From: Candidatus Zixiibacteriota bacterium
Lineage (GTDB): Bacteria; Zixibacteria; MSB-5A5; GN15; FEB-12
Assembly (NCBI GenBank): GCA_040753875.1
Contig: JBFMDV010000027.1
Span: 1 to 64,000, forward strand
Length of the DNA: 64,000 bases
Direction of reading: 5' to 3'
Below the pieces are notes generated by a model. The model saw only the letters and a list, made by a program, of their open reading frames with translations, was not told the DNA's origin and did no database searches. Of the stretch, positions 50,303-61,003 are shown one piece after another. The translations under genes and the position numbers were made by a program. Numbering within the stretch: the stretch's first letter is position 1; each line of letters begins with the position of its first letter.

Positions 50303-52699
50303 TCAGAACGCGATTCCCCATCCCAGGGAGAACCGATTGGTATCGTATGCGGAAAGCTGCCACGTGAAACTGAGTGCCAGGTTGAAGGGGACCAGGAACG
50401 GCGTCAGGTTGCCGACAGTAAAGCCAAGCTCCGAGTAAGCGGTGCGGGCGGACCAGAGACCCCGGTCACCGGTCTGAGGCGCATGATCCCTGAAGTCGGT
50501 CCAGAACGCCCCACCGTGTACGTTCAGCGTGAACGGTATCCTCTCCATGAACGGAAGTCGGCTTTTCGCAAAGAGGAGTCGGCCAAAATCGTGCTGCAAC
50601 GTAACGGCCAGCACCTGGTTACCGTAGAAGTTGTGCTCTCCCAGTGTCTGGAACCCGATGATCGAGTAAAACGACCAGACGTTATGATCCACGGTGAAAT
50701 ACCGTTGCGGCGGCAGCGCCTTGTCGGACCCGCCCCAGTAGGCTCGAAGAGTCGAAGTTCCCAGACCAAGTACCTGTTGTCGCCGATCGACCGACACGGC
50801 ATACCTGACAAAATCGAAATCGCTGTTCAAGAAAGTTGGAGACGATCTCTCGATCTCTGCCGTCACGTTCGTATACTGCGTCTCGAACAATCGCTCGTCT
50901 TTCCCCTTGCGCCGGAGCAATGGCCGTGAATCATACGTGAGTGCCGTTGTCACCGAACGGAGTTGTCCGTCGAGGATCGGCTGATTATCCCGTACTACCT
51001 TGTCCTTTTCGAAGAGGCTGAAATCGGTGCGGGTTGGCGTCGACTGCTGATGCGTATCGTGATACGCAAGGCTGAATCGCGTGCGGTCAACGAGTTTGAT
51101 ACCCGAATAGATGCTGAACTCTTCCTCGCGGAAATAGTCGAAGGGATCGGATTTGAAAAACAAAGCCGATAGTGTCGCGTTCCCGCCAATTCCGCTCGAC
51201 AGTGTTGGCCGGTGACGCATCTCGTTGTGGTACTCTGCTCCCAGGGTCAGCTTCTGCCGCTCCGAGAGGGTGCGTGTGGCGCCAAACGCGAACTGCCAGT
51301 AGCGCGCGTCAAAGGCGTAGCCCGCCTTCGCTCGGATTTCCGTCGCGGCCTTCCGGTTATTGAATCGCCCGCCAAGGCCCGCATACGCCCCCTCGGTACG
51401 ATTGAAATGAAACAGATCATGCTGTGTGGTTGCGAATAGCGGCAAGGCCAGCGCCAGCGGCAGAGCTTTTTTGACGAACGGTCGCGCGCGTTGTATCGAG
51501 TCGATCCGGGCATACCCGCGCAGTTCCTGAGTGGTCAGAGGAATGGTCTGGCCGCGGTTCCAGGCAGCGGAATCGACCTTGTCTGCCTGCGGTGATATCT
51601 CATAGGCCACCTCGCCAAAACTCCCTGGCGGCATTCCTTCCTGCAGCCGATAACTGTGCAGCGATGCGACATATGATATCAGAATATCCTTGGGAAACCC
51701 GGGCAGTGGCACCGCCAGCTTGAATCGCGCCGCCATGTCGATCTCGACCGGCATCCAGTACTCGTTTGTGAACTGGGCGAAATCCATGTGCAGGTGTGCG
51801 TCCGAAACGCCTGTCAAGCGGACACCGTCGTTCCACCCCAGGTCGGCACTCACGACGCCGAAACTCGAGTCCGCGATCTGGATCCTGCCCACATACAACG
51901 GGTCGACCTGGTTCTTCGGCTCGATCTCCAGAACGAATACGCGTTTGTTATCCGCCTGAATGGTGTCGAGCAGGTAGAAGTTGTAATGATCCAGCGCATC
52001 GTCGGCCAGCGGCGTGACGATCCGCTGGGAGCCCATCTCGTCCCGGTTCTGGTAGAAACTAAGCAGGTCCCCAAACAATATGAGTATGGCATCGGCCGGC
52101 ACATTGGCGGACTGGCGTCTCGCCACGACCGTCTGTTTGTATTTGTCCGGACGTTCCCAAAGGCCGGTCACCTGAGATTCGACGATCAGGAATATATTCG
52201 TGGAGTCCGGCTTTTTGCGATCCCGCACCACGAGCTTCGCGTAGGCATCGAAACTGTAGTCGCGCAGTTTGGCGAGCATCTGTTTCTTGCGGGCGATCGC
52301 TTCGATGATGATCTGCTGGGCCGGATCATACGCTTTTTCATACACGCGAATGCCGCGAATTTCGATGAGCGATGGCTGCAGTCGGATATCCTGCGTAATA
52401 TCCTGCTGTGCGATCACGACTGTGGCTCGTTGAGAGTAGTATGCCACGTGGCTGAACTTGACTACATGGGAGCCGGCCGAAAGCAGCAGGCGGTATCTTC
52501 CCTCGTCGTTGGTAAGCGTGGAAATGCCGGTCCCCTCCAGCTGGACAGTCACCGCCGAGATCGGCAGGCCGGTGGTCGAGTCGGTCACCTGTCCCGAAAC
52601 AGTTCCCTGATGGGGTGTCTGCTGTGCGACTGCCATTACTCTGCAAGCTGAAATCGCGACGGCAAGACAGAGTGACTTCCAATTACATGCAAATATCAA
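50303..52699 (-). CDS. DUF5686-family outer-membrane protein with an N-terminal carboxypeptidase-regulatory-like domain
   Basis: Signal peptide. CarbopepD_reg-like segment (GTVSGQVTDSTTGLPISAVTVQLEGTG). Large beta-barrel-like C-terminus ending in Phe. Confidence 0.65.
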   Translation of the reverse strand: MIFACNWKSLCLAVAISACRVMAVAQQTPHQGTVSGQVTDSTTGLPISAVTVQLEGTGISTLTNDEGRYRLLLSAGSHVVKFSHVAYYSQRATVVIAQQDITQDIRLQPSLIEIRGIRVYEKAYDPAQQIIIEAIARKKQMLAKLRDYSFDAYAKLVVRDRKKPDSTNIFLIVESQVTGLWERPDKYKQTVVARRQSANVPADAILILFGDLLSFYQNRDEMGSQRIVTPLADDALDHYNFYLLDTIQADNKRVFVLEIEPKNQVDPLYVGRIQIADSSFGVVSADLGWNDGVRLTGVSDAHLHMDFAQFTNEYWMPVEIDMAARFKLAVPLPGFPKDILISYVASLHSYRLQEGMPPGSFGEVAYEISPQADKVDSAAWNRGQTIPLTTQELRGYARIDSIQRARPFVKKALPLALALPLFATTQHDLFHFNRTEGAYAGLGGRFNNRKAATEIRAKAGYAFDARYWQFAFGATRTLSERQKLTLGAEYHNEMRHRPTLSSGIGGNATLSALFFKSDPFDYFREEEFSIYSGIKLVDRTRFSLAYHDTHQQSTPTRTDFSLFEKDKVVRDNQPILDGQLRSVTTALTYDSRPLLRRKGKDERLFETQYTNVTAEIERSSPTFLNSDFDFVRYAVSVDRRQQVLGLGTSTLRAYWGGSDKALPPQRYFTVDHNVWSFYSIIGFQTLGEHNFYGNQVLAVTLQHDFGRLLFAKSRLPFMERIPFTLNVHGGAFWTDFRDHAPQTGDRGLWSARTAYSELGFTVGNLTPFLVPFNLALSFTWQLSAYDTNRFSLGWGIAF

Positions 52700-52753
52700 C
52701 TAACAGCTCCAGATTCCCCTTGTACGGACCGTCGTCGCGGCGGTTTCATAAAA

Positions 52754-53167
52754 CTACAGGTGATACAGCATCATATAGACTATTACGCCAGTCACAGAGA
52801 CGAACATCCATACGGGCCAGAGCCAGGTGACTATCCGCCGGTGCTTGTCGAACCGCCCTTTCAGCGCATGCCGCACCGCCAGCAGAATGAACGGTACCAT
52901 CACGGCCGCCAGAATAGAATGCGGGATCAGAATGACAAAATAGACCAGCCGTGTCCAATCATGGTGCGGATACGGCACCGAGCCGACCTCGTAATGGTAT
53001 ACCAGATAGCCGATCAGAAACAGCGCCGAGGATGTCAACGCCGCGAGCATGAACCGCTTGTGAATATCCTCGTGCCCCCGTTTGATATTCACGTAGCCCA
53101 GAAGTAGTAGACACGCGCTGAGCAGATTGAAGCACGCGTTGACCGTCGGCAGCAGACTGTAGTTCAC
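52754..53167 (-). CDS. DUF420 family membrane protein (often linked to cytochrome oxidase assembly)
   Basis: 137 aa with 4 transmembrane helices and conserved His residues. Overlaps the CtaA-SCO gene by 4 nt. Confidence 0.6.
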   Translation of the reverse strand: MNYSLLPTVNACFNLLSACLLLLGYVNIKRGHEDIHKRFMLAALTSSALFLIGYLVYHYEVGSVPYPHHDWTRLVYFVILIPHSILAAVMVPFILLAVRHALKGRFDKHRRIVTWLWPVWMFVSVTGVIVYMMLYHL

Positions 53168-54696
53168 GGAAGTTCTCTGACCAGCTGTTGAATCTGCGAT
53201 CGCAGCGACTCGATGGCTGCCGGACTGTCGTAATCGAAATAGCCGCGAATTCTCGCATTGCCATCGACCAGAATGAACTTGGTGCTGTGCATTCCCGGAA
53301 GATCACCACTCACCTTAAACCCCTCCTCGCAGAACTGCGAAATCTGGTCCGTTCGTGCTCGTACGAAGCGCCAACGGTTATCTGTTACACCAAAGCGGGC
53401 GGCATATTCACGAAGTACCGGCAACGAATCAGTGTCCGGGTCCACCGTGAACGAGACCAGTTGGACCTTGTCGGAATGCGCATATTGCCGGTACAGCTCG
53501 GCGAAGCTCGCACTCATGTACGGGCAGGGACCACGGCAACTGGTGAAAATGAAATCCACGACACTGATCTTGCCTTTCAACTCAGCGAGTCCAAACGGCT
53601 CACCGTTTCGCTCCACGAATGAAAACGACGGGACGTCGTACAGGACCGGGATATTCTGACGCGAGGCCTCCGCCTGACGAGTCACCGCAAGCGCCGCTAT
53701 CACGGCCAGCATAACAAGTCCGGCGATCGGCGCCGCCACACGGGCCAATCCTTTACCATAATCGGACACGACGGCTGCTTTCTGGCCCAACCCGAAATAC
53801 AGCATGAGCGCCAGTCCGATGTAGACACCGGCCAGCCAGAGATGAAATAGTTGAAGTACCGGTGTCAATCCGGCCGTCGCCAGCGCGAGTCCAAGGAGTA
53901 CCTGACCCAGCATCACCAGCATCATCCCCCACACGACCCGCCTGACCATACCGGTCGGGTGCGATGCCATCTTGACGATAGCAAATCCGATTACCCAGGT
54001 AGCGAGCGCCAACAAGGTCCCCGATATCATGTGCAGATCGTATGCCGCGCCCACCCGGCTGAGCCATTGCAGATCACTAAGGAGTGGAAACTCTCTGCTG
54101 ACCGTCTCAATCCCGGATCGCACCTGTGTTCCGAGTATAATCTGAAGCAAAGCACCGATCCACAGAAATACCGCCCATGCGCGAGCATGGCGCGGGTACG
54201 TAGACTCTTCACCTGATGTTGCTTCGCCCATGAAGTACGTGCGCTGCATGACGTACATGAGCAGACTGACGATGAGAAATGAGATCAGAAGGTGCGCCGA
54301 CACCAGCAGCGGCTGGAGTTCCGAGGCCACCACGCGCCCTCCTTGCCAGCCCTGATAGGCAGTGAGAAGCGCCGCCGCGAGTGATGGCCACACGATCCTG
54401 GCCTCGCGCCGAAATTTCGCCAGCGCCACGATCGCCGTGGCCAGAATCAACAGCCCCACGGTCACACCGCACAGCCGGTTGAAATACTCGATCCAGGCAA
54501 GCGTGAAATTGAATTGGGCTGGGTCGATACCCGATGGGAGGTCAGCCGCAGAGAGCGGCGGGATCCATCGTCCGAAACAGCGCGGCCAGTCCGGGCACCC
54601 CAGACCGGCGCCTGAGACACGCACCAGCCCCCCCATGAAAATCAGAAGATAGGTGGCAATAGTGGCAACAAACGCCAGGCGACGAAACGCTTTCAT
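53164..54696 (-). CDS. ctaA: heme A synthase (CtaA/COX15) fused to a C-terminal SCO1/SenC thioredoxin-like copper-chaperone domain
   Basis: N-terminus has GCPDWPRCFG and multiple transmembrane helices with His pairs. The C-terminus adds an extra transmembrane helix and a CxxxC thioredoxin fold (FIFTSCRGPCPYMS). Continuous 510-aa ORF. Confidence 0.7.
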   Translation of the reverse strand: MKAFRRLAFVATIATYLLIFMGGLVRVSGAGLGCPDWPRCFGRWIPPLSAADLPSGIDPAQFNFTLAWIEYFNRLCGVTVGLLILATAIVALAKFRREARIVWPSLAAALLTAYQGWQGGRVVASELQPLLVSAHLLISFLIVSLLMYVMQRTYFMGEATSGEESTYPRHARAWAVFLWIGALLQIILGTQVRSGIETVSREFPLLSDLQWLSRVGAAYDLHMISGTLLALATWVIGFAIVKMASHPTGMVRRVVWGMMLVMLGQVLLGLALATAGLTPVLQLFHLWLAGVYIGLALMLYFGLGQKAAVVSDYGKGLARVAAPIAGLVMLAVIAALAVTRQAEASRQNIPVLYDVPSFSFVERNGEPFGLAELKGKISVVDFIFTSCRGPCPYMSASFAELYRQYAHSDKVQLVSFTVDPDTDSLPVLREYAARFGVTDNRWRFVRARTDQISQFCEEGFKVSGDLPGMHSTKFILVDGNARIRGYFDYDSPAAIESLRSQIQQLVRELP

Positions 54697-54785
54697 GTCG
54701 AGTCTACCCTTCGCGGCCGGTCAGGTTCCAGGAGTTCGCCGGCCGGAATCAAAAGATGGTTGCCTCCGGAGGAAAGCCGCAAGGA

Positions 54786-55211
54786 CTATTTTGCGGGCGA
54801 TGTATGAGTTGAGGCACTGTCGACCGATTTCATTGCCCCGGTATGGGATGTATCTATCACCTGCTGCTGATAGATGACGGCATTCTGGTCGATCGGGCCG
54901 GTCTCAATCGCGTTGACATCCCCCCGACGAAGCGTATCAAGCATTGTGAGTATAATGAACACGGCCAGAAACAAGAGCGCTCCCACGAACACCGCCAGAT
55001 ACACCTTATTATCATATCTCAGATGCATAAAATAGGCCGCCACCAGCGAGGCCTTCACAGCGGCGATGATCATTGCCACAATCAGATTATATTCGCCGTA
55101 ATCATGCCCGGCCACCCACACAGTGACAGCCGTTAATACCAGAAGTGCGGTCCCCACGGCCAGGTACACGCGGATGGGAAGAATATGATGAGTCTGGGCG
55201 TTCGCACTCAT
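54786..55211 (-). CDS. cytochrome c oxidase subunit IV (bacterial aa3-type)
   Basis: 141 aa with 3 transmembrane helices. Lies immediately downstream of subunit III. Confidence 0.65.
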   Translation of the reverse strand: MSANAQTHHILPIRVYLAVGTALLVLTAVTVWVAGHDYGEYNLIVAMIIAAVKASLVAAYFMHLRYDNKVYLAVFVGALLFLAVFIILTMLDTLRRGDVNAIETGPIDQNAVIYQQQVIDTSHTGAMKSVDSASTHTSPAK

Positions 55212-55220
55212 GTGTCGCTC

Positions 55221-55883
55221 CTATCCAATCAGGTAAAACAGCGGGAACAAAAAGATCCAGATCAGGTCCACCAGGTGCCAGTACAACCCGGTCATCTCGA
55301 TAGGCGTGTAGTATGCCGCAGAGAAGTGATTCTTCGAAGTCCGATACAACAGCCATCCGATCACCGTCATTCCGCCGATAACGTGAATCCCGTGCAGCCC
55401 GGTCATCATGAAATAGACTGAGAAAAACACGTGCGGGTTGGTCCCCTCGATCCCCTGGAATGTGTAGAATCTCCCCGGCAGTTGCCCTTCGTGGATCTTG
55501 TGCGCGTATTCAAAGTATTTGATCACAAGAAACGTACCGGCCAGTAGCAGTGTAGTGGCCAGATACCACATGGTTTGCTTCTTGTTGGCCAATTGCATGC
55601 TGCGAATGGCCAGCGCCATGGTGACCGAGCTGGTGATGAGCACGATCGTGTTGATCGTACCGAGCGGAAGGCTGAGCACTTTGTGGGCGTTATGGAACAT
55701 GTCCGGATTCCACGAGCGATAAATGGCGTAGGTGCAGAACAGTCCTCCGAACAGCAGCACTTCCGTCAGGAGGAACAGCCACATCCCCAGTTTGGCTGCT
55801 TCTTTCTGCTGCTCGCCATCGCTGAAATGGTGCGCCAGATGGCTCTTATGCGTGTCAGTGTGCGTCATGGCCATTGATATCAT
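55221..55883 (-). CDS. ctaE: cytochrome c oxidase subunit III
   Basis: Conserved COX3 helices ([22 protein letters not shown]). Confidence 0.85.
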   Translation of the reverse strand: MISMAMTHTDTHKSHLAHHFSDGEQQKEAAKLGMWLFLLTEVLLFGGLFCTYAIYRSWNPDMFHNAHKVLSLPLGTINTIVLITSSVTMALAIRSMQLANKKQTMWYLATTLLLAGTFLVIKYFEYAHKIHEGQLPGRFYTFQGIEGTNPHVFFSVYFMMTGLHGIHVIGGMTVIGWLLYRTSKNHFSAAYYTPIEMTGLYWHLVDLIWIFLFPLFYLIG

Positions 55884-57523
55884 GCCCTCCCGACCGGCCT
55901 TTGTGCGGCGATATCTGATCGCTGGATCAGCACCGTATCGTAATCATACGGCCCATGTGACAGCACCGGGTCTTTGGCAAAATTCTCGGGCGGCGGCGGC
56001 GATGTCGTTTCCCATTCAAATCCCAAGACGCCCCACGGGTTGTTTCCGGCCGGCCTCCCCCGCATCAACGAGTGGATCATGTAGATCATGAAGATCAAGA
56101 AGCCGAATCCGAGCACCCAGGCGCCCACCGACGAAAAAGCATGGAGCGGCTGATACTGGTCCAGATAGTTGTGGTACCGACGCGGCATACCTTTCGTCCC
56201 CAGAATGAACTGCGAGAAGAATGTCATATTGAATCCGACAAAGATGATTACGCAGGCCACTTTGGCCCAGAACTCGTTGTACATCCGGCCGAACATCTTG
56301 GGCCACCAGTAGTGGATTCCTCCCAAAAGCGCCATCACCGTCCCGCCCATCATGACGTAATGAAAATGCGCCACCACGAAATAGGTATCAGTCAGGTGGA
56401 CGTCAACGGGCAGCGCACCGAGGAAAATGCCGGTGAGTCCGCCGATCGTAAACAGAAACAGAAACGACAGCGCGTACAGCATGGGAGTTTTGAATTCGAT
56501 CGAGCCCTTGTACAGGGTCATCATCCAGTTGAATACTTTGATGCCCGACGGTATCCCCACGAAAAACGTCAGAAACGAGAACACGATAGCCGCCAACTCC
56601 GACTGCCCGCTCACAAACATGTGATGTCCCCAGACCAGGAAACTGACTAACGCGATACCGAGCGATGAGAACGCGATCGCCTTATAACCAAAGATGTGTC
56701 GGTGGGAGAAATGGGCGATCAACTCGCTGATGATCGCCATGCCCGGCAGGATCATGATATAGACCGCCGGATGCGAATAGAACCAGAAGAAATGCTGAAA
56801 CAGCACTGGGTCCCCGCCCATGGCCGGATCGAAAATGCCAATCCCAACCAGTTTCTCGAGGATCAAAAGGAGCAGCGTAATCCCGAGCACCGGCGTGGCC
56901 AGCACCTGGATGATAGCGGTGGCGTAGAGTCCCCACACCATGAGCGGCATCCGAAACCAGGTCATGCCCGGCACACGGAGCTTGTGAATGGTCACGATGA
57001 AATTCAGGCCGGTAAAGATCGAGGAAAAACCGAGGATGAACACCCCCAGCGTCATTGAGACCACCGAGGTCGATGTGGTCGTACTATACGGCGTGTAGAA
57101 GGTCCAGCCCGTATCCACGCCGCCGCTGACAATGGCGAAGAGACAGACGAACGCTCCCACCACGTAGATATACCAACTGGCGAGGTTCAACCTGGGGAAC
57201 GCCACGTCCTTCGCACCAATTTGAAGCGGCAGCACGAAATTCCCAATCGCTGCCGGGATCGACGGGATGATGAACAGGAAGATCATGATCGCCCCGTGCA
57301 GCGTGAAGAACTGGTTATAGGTGTCCGAGCTCATGAAACTGCTCCGATTGGAGAACAGCTCAGTTCGCAGGATCACTGCCAGCAGTCCGCCCACGAAGAA
57401 GAAGAACATGATGGCTGCAAAATACATCACGCCGATCCGCTTGTGATCCTGTGTCAGGAGCCAGGATTTGAGCCCTTTGGGGTATCTCAGAAAATTGTAT
57501 TCCGGAATGGCTGTGGCGCCCAT
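55880..57523 (-). CDS. ctaD: cytochrome c oxidase subunit I
   Basis: Heme-copper oxidase signatures ([27 protein letters not shown]). Confidence 0.95.
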   Translation of the reverse strand: MGATAIPEYNFLRYPKGLKSWLLTQDHKRIGVMYFAAIMFFFFVGGLLAVILRTELFSNRSSFMSSDTYNQFFTLHGAIMIFLFIIPSIPAAIGNFVLPLQIGAKDVAFPRLNLASWYIYVVGAFVCLFAIVSGGVDTGWTFYTPYSTTTSTSVVSMTLGVFILGFSSIFTGLNFIVTIHKLRVPGMTWFRMPLMVWGLYATAIIQVLATPVLGITLLLLILEKLVGIGIFDPAMGGDPVLFQHFFWFYSHPAVYIMILPGMAIISELIAHFSHRHIFGYKAIAFSSLGIALVSFLVWGHHMFVSGQSELAAIVFSFLTFFVGIPSGIKVFNWMMTLYKGSIEFKTPMLYALSFLFLFTIGGLTGIFLGALPVDVHLTDTYFVVAHFHYVMMGGTVMALLGGIHYWWPKMFGRMYNEFWAKVACVIIFVGFNMTFFSQFILGTKGMPRRYHNYLDQYQPLHAFSSVGAWVLGFGFLIFMIYMIHSLMRGRPAGNNPWGVLGFEWETTSPPPPENFAKDPVLSHGPYDYDTVLIQRSDIAAQRPVGRA

Positions 57524-57538
57524 AGTGCGACCCTCGTG

Positions 57539-58480
57539 TTACTTCAACGACTTGATATACGCAATCAGCGCGTCGATCTGCTGGTCCTTCAGGACTCCCT
57601 GGTAGGTCGGCATCACCGGATCGTATCCGGTCACCACCTTCGCTTTGGGTTGCAGGATCGACTCGCGAATGTAGTTCTCATCGACCAGTAGCTGTGCGCC
57701 GTCGGTCATCTGTTCCCGCTGTCCGAACCGGCCCTTGAACGACGGCCCCACCAACCGCGTTCCATCGACGCTATGGCAGGTGAAGCAAGCCTTACTCTTG
57801 TACAGTTGCGCGCCGTATTCCTCCGGCGTGAGCCCAGTCCCGAGCTGGGCGTTCGCATCCTGCCACGCCAGGTACTCGCGGTCCGACACCACTCTAACTT
57901 TCCCCAGCATCTCGGAGTGCCCTTTGCCGCAAAATTCCGTACAGAACATGTCGTAGGTTCCCGCTTTGGTGGCCTCGAACCAGGTGATGGTGTACCGGTT
58001 CGGCAGCACGTCCTGCTTGATACGGAAATTGGGTACGAAACAGCTATGGATGACATCACGCGATGACATCAACAACTTCACCGGCTTCCCCAGCGGCACT
58101 ACCAGATCGTTGACACTGTTGGCGCCGGTCGGGTAATCGAACGTCCAGAACCATTTCTGCGCGGTCACCTTGATCTCGAGCGCGTCTTTCGGGGCCACAT
58201 GCATCTTGATGAACGTTTTGAATCCCCAGACGAACACGATCATCACGAGGATCGTGGGAATGACCGTCCAGATGATCTCAAGCGGCGTGTTGTGAGTGGC
58301 AGCCGCGTTCAGCCGGTCCGCGCCGCGCCGACGATATCGCCAGCTGAAATACAGGATACCGGCCGCCACGATGGCGAACATCGCGATGCTGCCGTACAGG
58401 ATGAAGTGAAAGAGCGGGTCCACCTCACCGGCAATCGTCGAATTCGCCGGCGGGAGCCACAGAGTCCCGGTGCTATCCAT
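57539..58480 (-). CDS. ctaC: cytochrome c oxidase subunit II with a fused C-terminal cytochrome c domain (caa3-type)
   Basis: CuA site CTEFCGKGHSEM. Heme c motif CFTCHS. Confidence 0.9.
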   Translation of the reverse strand: MDSTGTLWLPPANSTIAGEVDPLFHFILYGSIAMFAIVAAGILYFSWRYRRRGADRLNAAATHNTPLEIIWTVIPTILVMIVFVWGFKTFIKMHVAPKDALEIKVTAQKWFWTFDYPTGANSVNDLVVPLGKPVKLLMSSRDVIHSCFVPNFRIKQDVLPNRYTITWFEATKAGTYDMFCTEFCGKGHSEMLGKVRVVSDREYLAWQDANAQLGTGLTPEEYGAQLYKSKACFTCHSVDGTRLVGPSFKGRFGQREQMTDGAQLLVDENYIRESILQPKAKVVTGYDPVMPTYQGVLKDQQIDALIAYIKSLK

Positions 58481-58508
58481 GACTTACTTCTCTCTCCTCA
58501 TCACGGAA

Positions 58509-59375
58509 TCAATGCGGCCGCCTGACCGCCAGGTGAACCGGTCTTGGCGCCGACCTCTCCCGGCGCCAAAGGATAAACAGTGCCAAGCCCAGGAGCAGCG
58601 CTGTCAACCCACCCCCGACCTTCATAACATTCTCCGCAAACAGGACATACCCTTTAGCCTGCGGGTCGTAATGATAGCAATAGAGTATAAGCCTATCGAG
58701 CGTGCTGCCGGTCTTCCCCTCCGATGCCTCCAGCAGTGCCAGCTTCAGGTCTCGCGGGTTGTACTCGATCCCGTAGAGATATCGCGAGATCGTGCCGTCC
58801 GGCGTCAGGATGAATGTCGCAGCCGTATGAACAAATTCTTTCGACTCGCTGTCGTAGCGATAATGAAACCCGAGCGATTCAGCCAGTGCCTTGGAATTCG
58901 CCTCCGTCCCGACCAGGAAGCTCCAGCCGGCTTCGGCCTCCGGTCGTGACAGTTCGGTCAGATAGCTCAACTTCTTGGCAGCCGCCAGGTCATAGGTCTC
59001 CCGTGGATTGATACTGATCGCCACCATCCGGAACTGCTCTCCCGGTATCCAGCCGATCTGTTTCACGGCATTCGTGACACCGTTGAGCACTAGGTTGCAC
59101 AACATGGGGCACTGATAGTACACCATGTTCAGAACCACCGGCTTTCCCTGGCCTAAAAACTCCTGCAGCGTCACCGGTCGTCCATGATCGTCGGTAAACG
59201 CCAGGTCAAGCGGCAGTTTTTCACCGAGATGCTCTTCGATCCCTACGCCAGCAAACTCCGGCGGGTTGTCTAAAACCACCTGACCTGCGACCGAACCGGC
59301 CAGTACCAGAGTCGCCAGGGCAATCAGGGATAAATCAGGTCTATTTATGTCCCGTTCTGTCCACATGGTCTGCAT
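58509..59375 (-). CDS. SCO1/SenC family copper chaperone
   Basis: YYQCPMLC contains the CxxxC motif. Thioredoxin-like fold. C-terminal transmembrane helix. Confidence 0.8.
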   Translation of the reverse strand: MQTMWTERDINRPDLSLIALATLVLAGSVAGQVVLDNPPEFAGVGIEEHLGEKLPLDLAFTDDHGRPVTLQEFLGQGKPVVLNMVYYQCPMLCNLVLNGVTNAVKQIGWIPGEQFRMVAISINPRETYDLAAAKKLSYLTELSRPEAEAGWSFLVGTEANSKALAESLGFHYRYDSESKEFVHTAATFILTPDGTISRYLYGIEYNPRDLKLALLEASEGKTGSTLDRLILYCYHYDPQAKGYVLFAENVMKVGGGLTALLLGLALFILWRRERSAPRPVHLAVRRPH

Positions 59376-59447
59376 TACTCGGTGAACATTACCACCGTTT
59401 CAAAAGTTCACGCGTCTTTCGAAAAAATGGGATTCGTCGGTCTACGC

Positions 59448-59795
59448 TTATTTTGGACGCGGCGCCCGATACGCCTCGTCGGCAACAAGCTCCATGGCCC
59501 GCTCGATCGGTATCTGGTATATCCCCTTGGCCGGATCCAGGACCTTGTAAGAATTCAACGCCTGATCCTCGCGGGCCCGCAGCTCGCGAAACGTCACCGC
59601 TTGCGGCTTGAGCACCGACTGATACACCACGTCTTCGGTGGTCAGCACAAAGTAGGAGTTAATGACAACCAGTGAGATCACGATGAACAGAACGCTCGCC
59701 ACTGTCCACAGAAGCACCAGCTTCATGTTGACATCGCGCTTTTCATACCCCCCGGCGCCATGTGAGTGGTGACTTGTTTGTGGCTGTTCAGTCAT
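59448..59795 (-). CDS. small single-transmembrane-helix membrane protein, possibly an ACIII accessory subunit (ActG-like?)
   Basis: 115 aa with one transmembrane helix. Lies directly downstream of ActF in the same operon direction. No family recognised. Confidence 0.35.
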   Translation of the reverse strand: MTEQPQTSHHSHGAGGYEKRDVNMKLVLLWTVASVLFIVISLVVINSYFVLTTEDVVYQSVLKPQAVTFRELRAREDQALNSYKVLDPAKGIYQIPIERAMELVADEAYRAPRPK

Positions 59796-59804
59796 TGCCC
59801 TGCC

Positions 59805-60992
59805 TCAGAACGGATTGACGTGTGATATTGACCCGGCCAGCTTCGGATCGTTCACCGGCACGGTCGCCTGACCAACAAACCGGAGCCAGAACATCCAAAC
59901 GAACAGGCCGCCGATCCCGACCGTCGCGGCGAGGTCGATCCAGGAAAATGTCGCCCCGTCCGGAAGCAGCGTCGGGTACACCAGCCAGTACATATGAATC
60001 CAGTGCATCACCAACAGCCAGACAGCCACTATGCCCAGAGTGACGGCGTTCCTCTTGGTCGCGCGGAACAACAGCGCCACAAACGGAATGGCGAAATGCC
60101 CGAACAACACGATCAGGCTGACTGTCTTCCAGGAGCCGACCCACCGATCCAGATACCAGACGGTCTCCTCCGGTATGTTGCCGTACCAGATCAGGAAATA
60201 CTGCGAGAAACTCACGTAGGTCCAGAATATTGTAAACGCTAACATCAGCTTGCCCAGATCATGCCGGTGTTCCTCGGTGACCACGTCGACCAGAATGCCG
60301 TTCCGTCGAAGGAGAACCACCATGAGCGCCATGAGCGATATTGCCCCCAGGAGACCGCTGGCGAAGAAGATGACGCCGAAGATCGTGGAGTACCAATGCG
60401 GGTCCAAAGACATCAGCCAGTCGAACCCGGCATAGGTCGCGCTGAACGCGTACAGCACCATCCCCAGGCCGCTCACTCTCCGCATCCGGTCCGCGGTCAC
60501 TGCCTGGTAACCAGTATCTTCCTTGAGGGACAAGCGGTAGAGCATTCGGGAGAGAATAATCCATACCACCAGATAGAGTATGGAACGGACGACAAAGAAT
60601 GGCACGTTTAGAAACCCGGCTTTCTTCTGCAACGCGGCATCGGCGGCCACCGCGTCGTGGTGACTCCAGTGATACAGATCGTGCATACCCAGAAGAAGCG
60701 GCAGAAACAGAAGCGCCATCAGTGGCAGTGTTTGCGTGAGACTCTCCGCCAGGCGGCGGATCACCACGCTCCACCGGGCGCCGGTCAGATGATGCAGCAT
60801 GACAAAGAAAAGCGCGCCCAGAGCGAGTGACAGCCAGTATGCATAGGCAGTCAGCCAGGCATGAAAAAACCGGGGCTGGTCGGCGAAGTAACCCACTACA
60901 CACAACCCAAGCCCCAGTATACCGGCATAGAGCGCCCCGCGGCCGAAACCGCCGGCGTCCCCTATGCGATATGTGTCCTTGTACCATTTCAT
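59805..60992 (-). CDS. actF: alternative complex III membrane subunit ActF (NrfD/PsrC-like)
   Basis: Polytopic NrfD-like membrane protein lying after ActE in the ACIII gene order. Confidence 0.7.
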   Translation of the reverse strand: MKWYKDTYRIGDAGGFGRGALYAGILGLGLCVVGYFADQPRFFHAWLTAYAYWLSLALGALFFVMLHHLTGARWSVVIRRLAESLTQTLPLMALLFLPLLLGMHDLYHWSHHDAVAADAALQKKAGFLNVPFFVVRSILYLVVWIILSRMLYRLSLKEDTGYQAVTADRMRRVSGLGMVLYAFSATYAGFDWLMSLDPHWYSTIFGVIFFASGLLGAISLMALMVVLLRRNGILVDVVTEEHRHDLGKLMLAFTIFWTYVSFSQYFLIWYGNIPEETVWYLDRWVGSWKTVSLIVLFGHFAIPFVALLFRATKRNAVTLGIVAVWLLVMHWIHMYWLVYPTLLPDGATFSWIDLAATVGIGGLFVWMFWLRFVGQATVPVNDPKLAGSISHVNPF

Positions 60993-61003
60993 AGAATCGC
61001 GCT

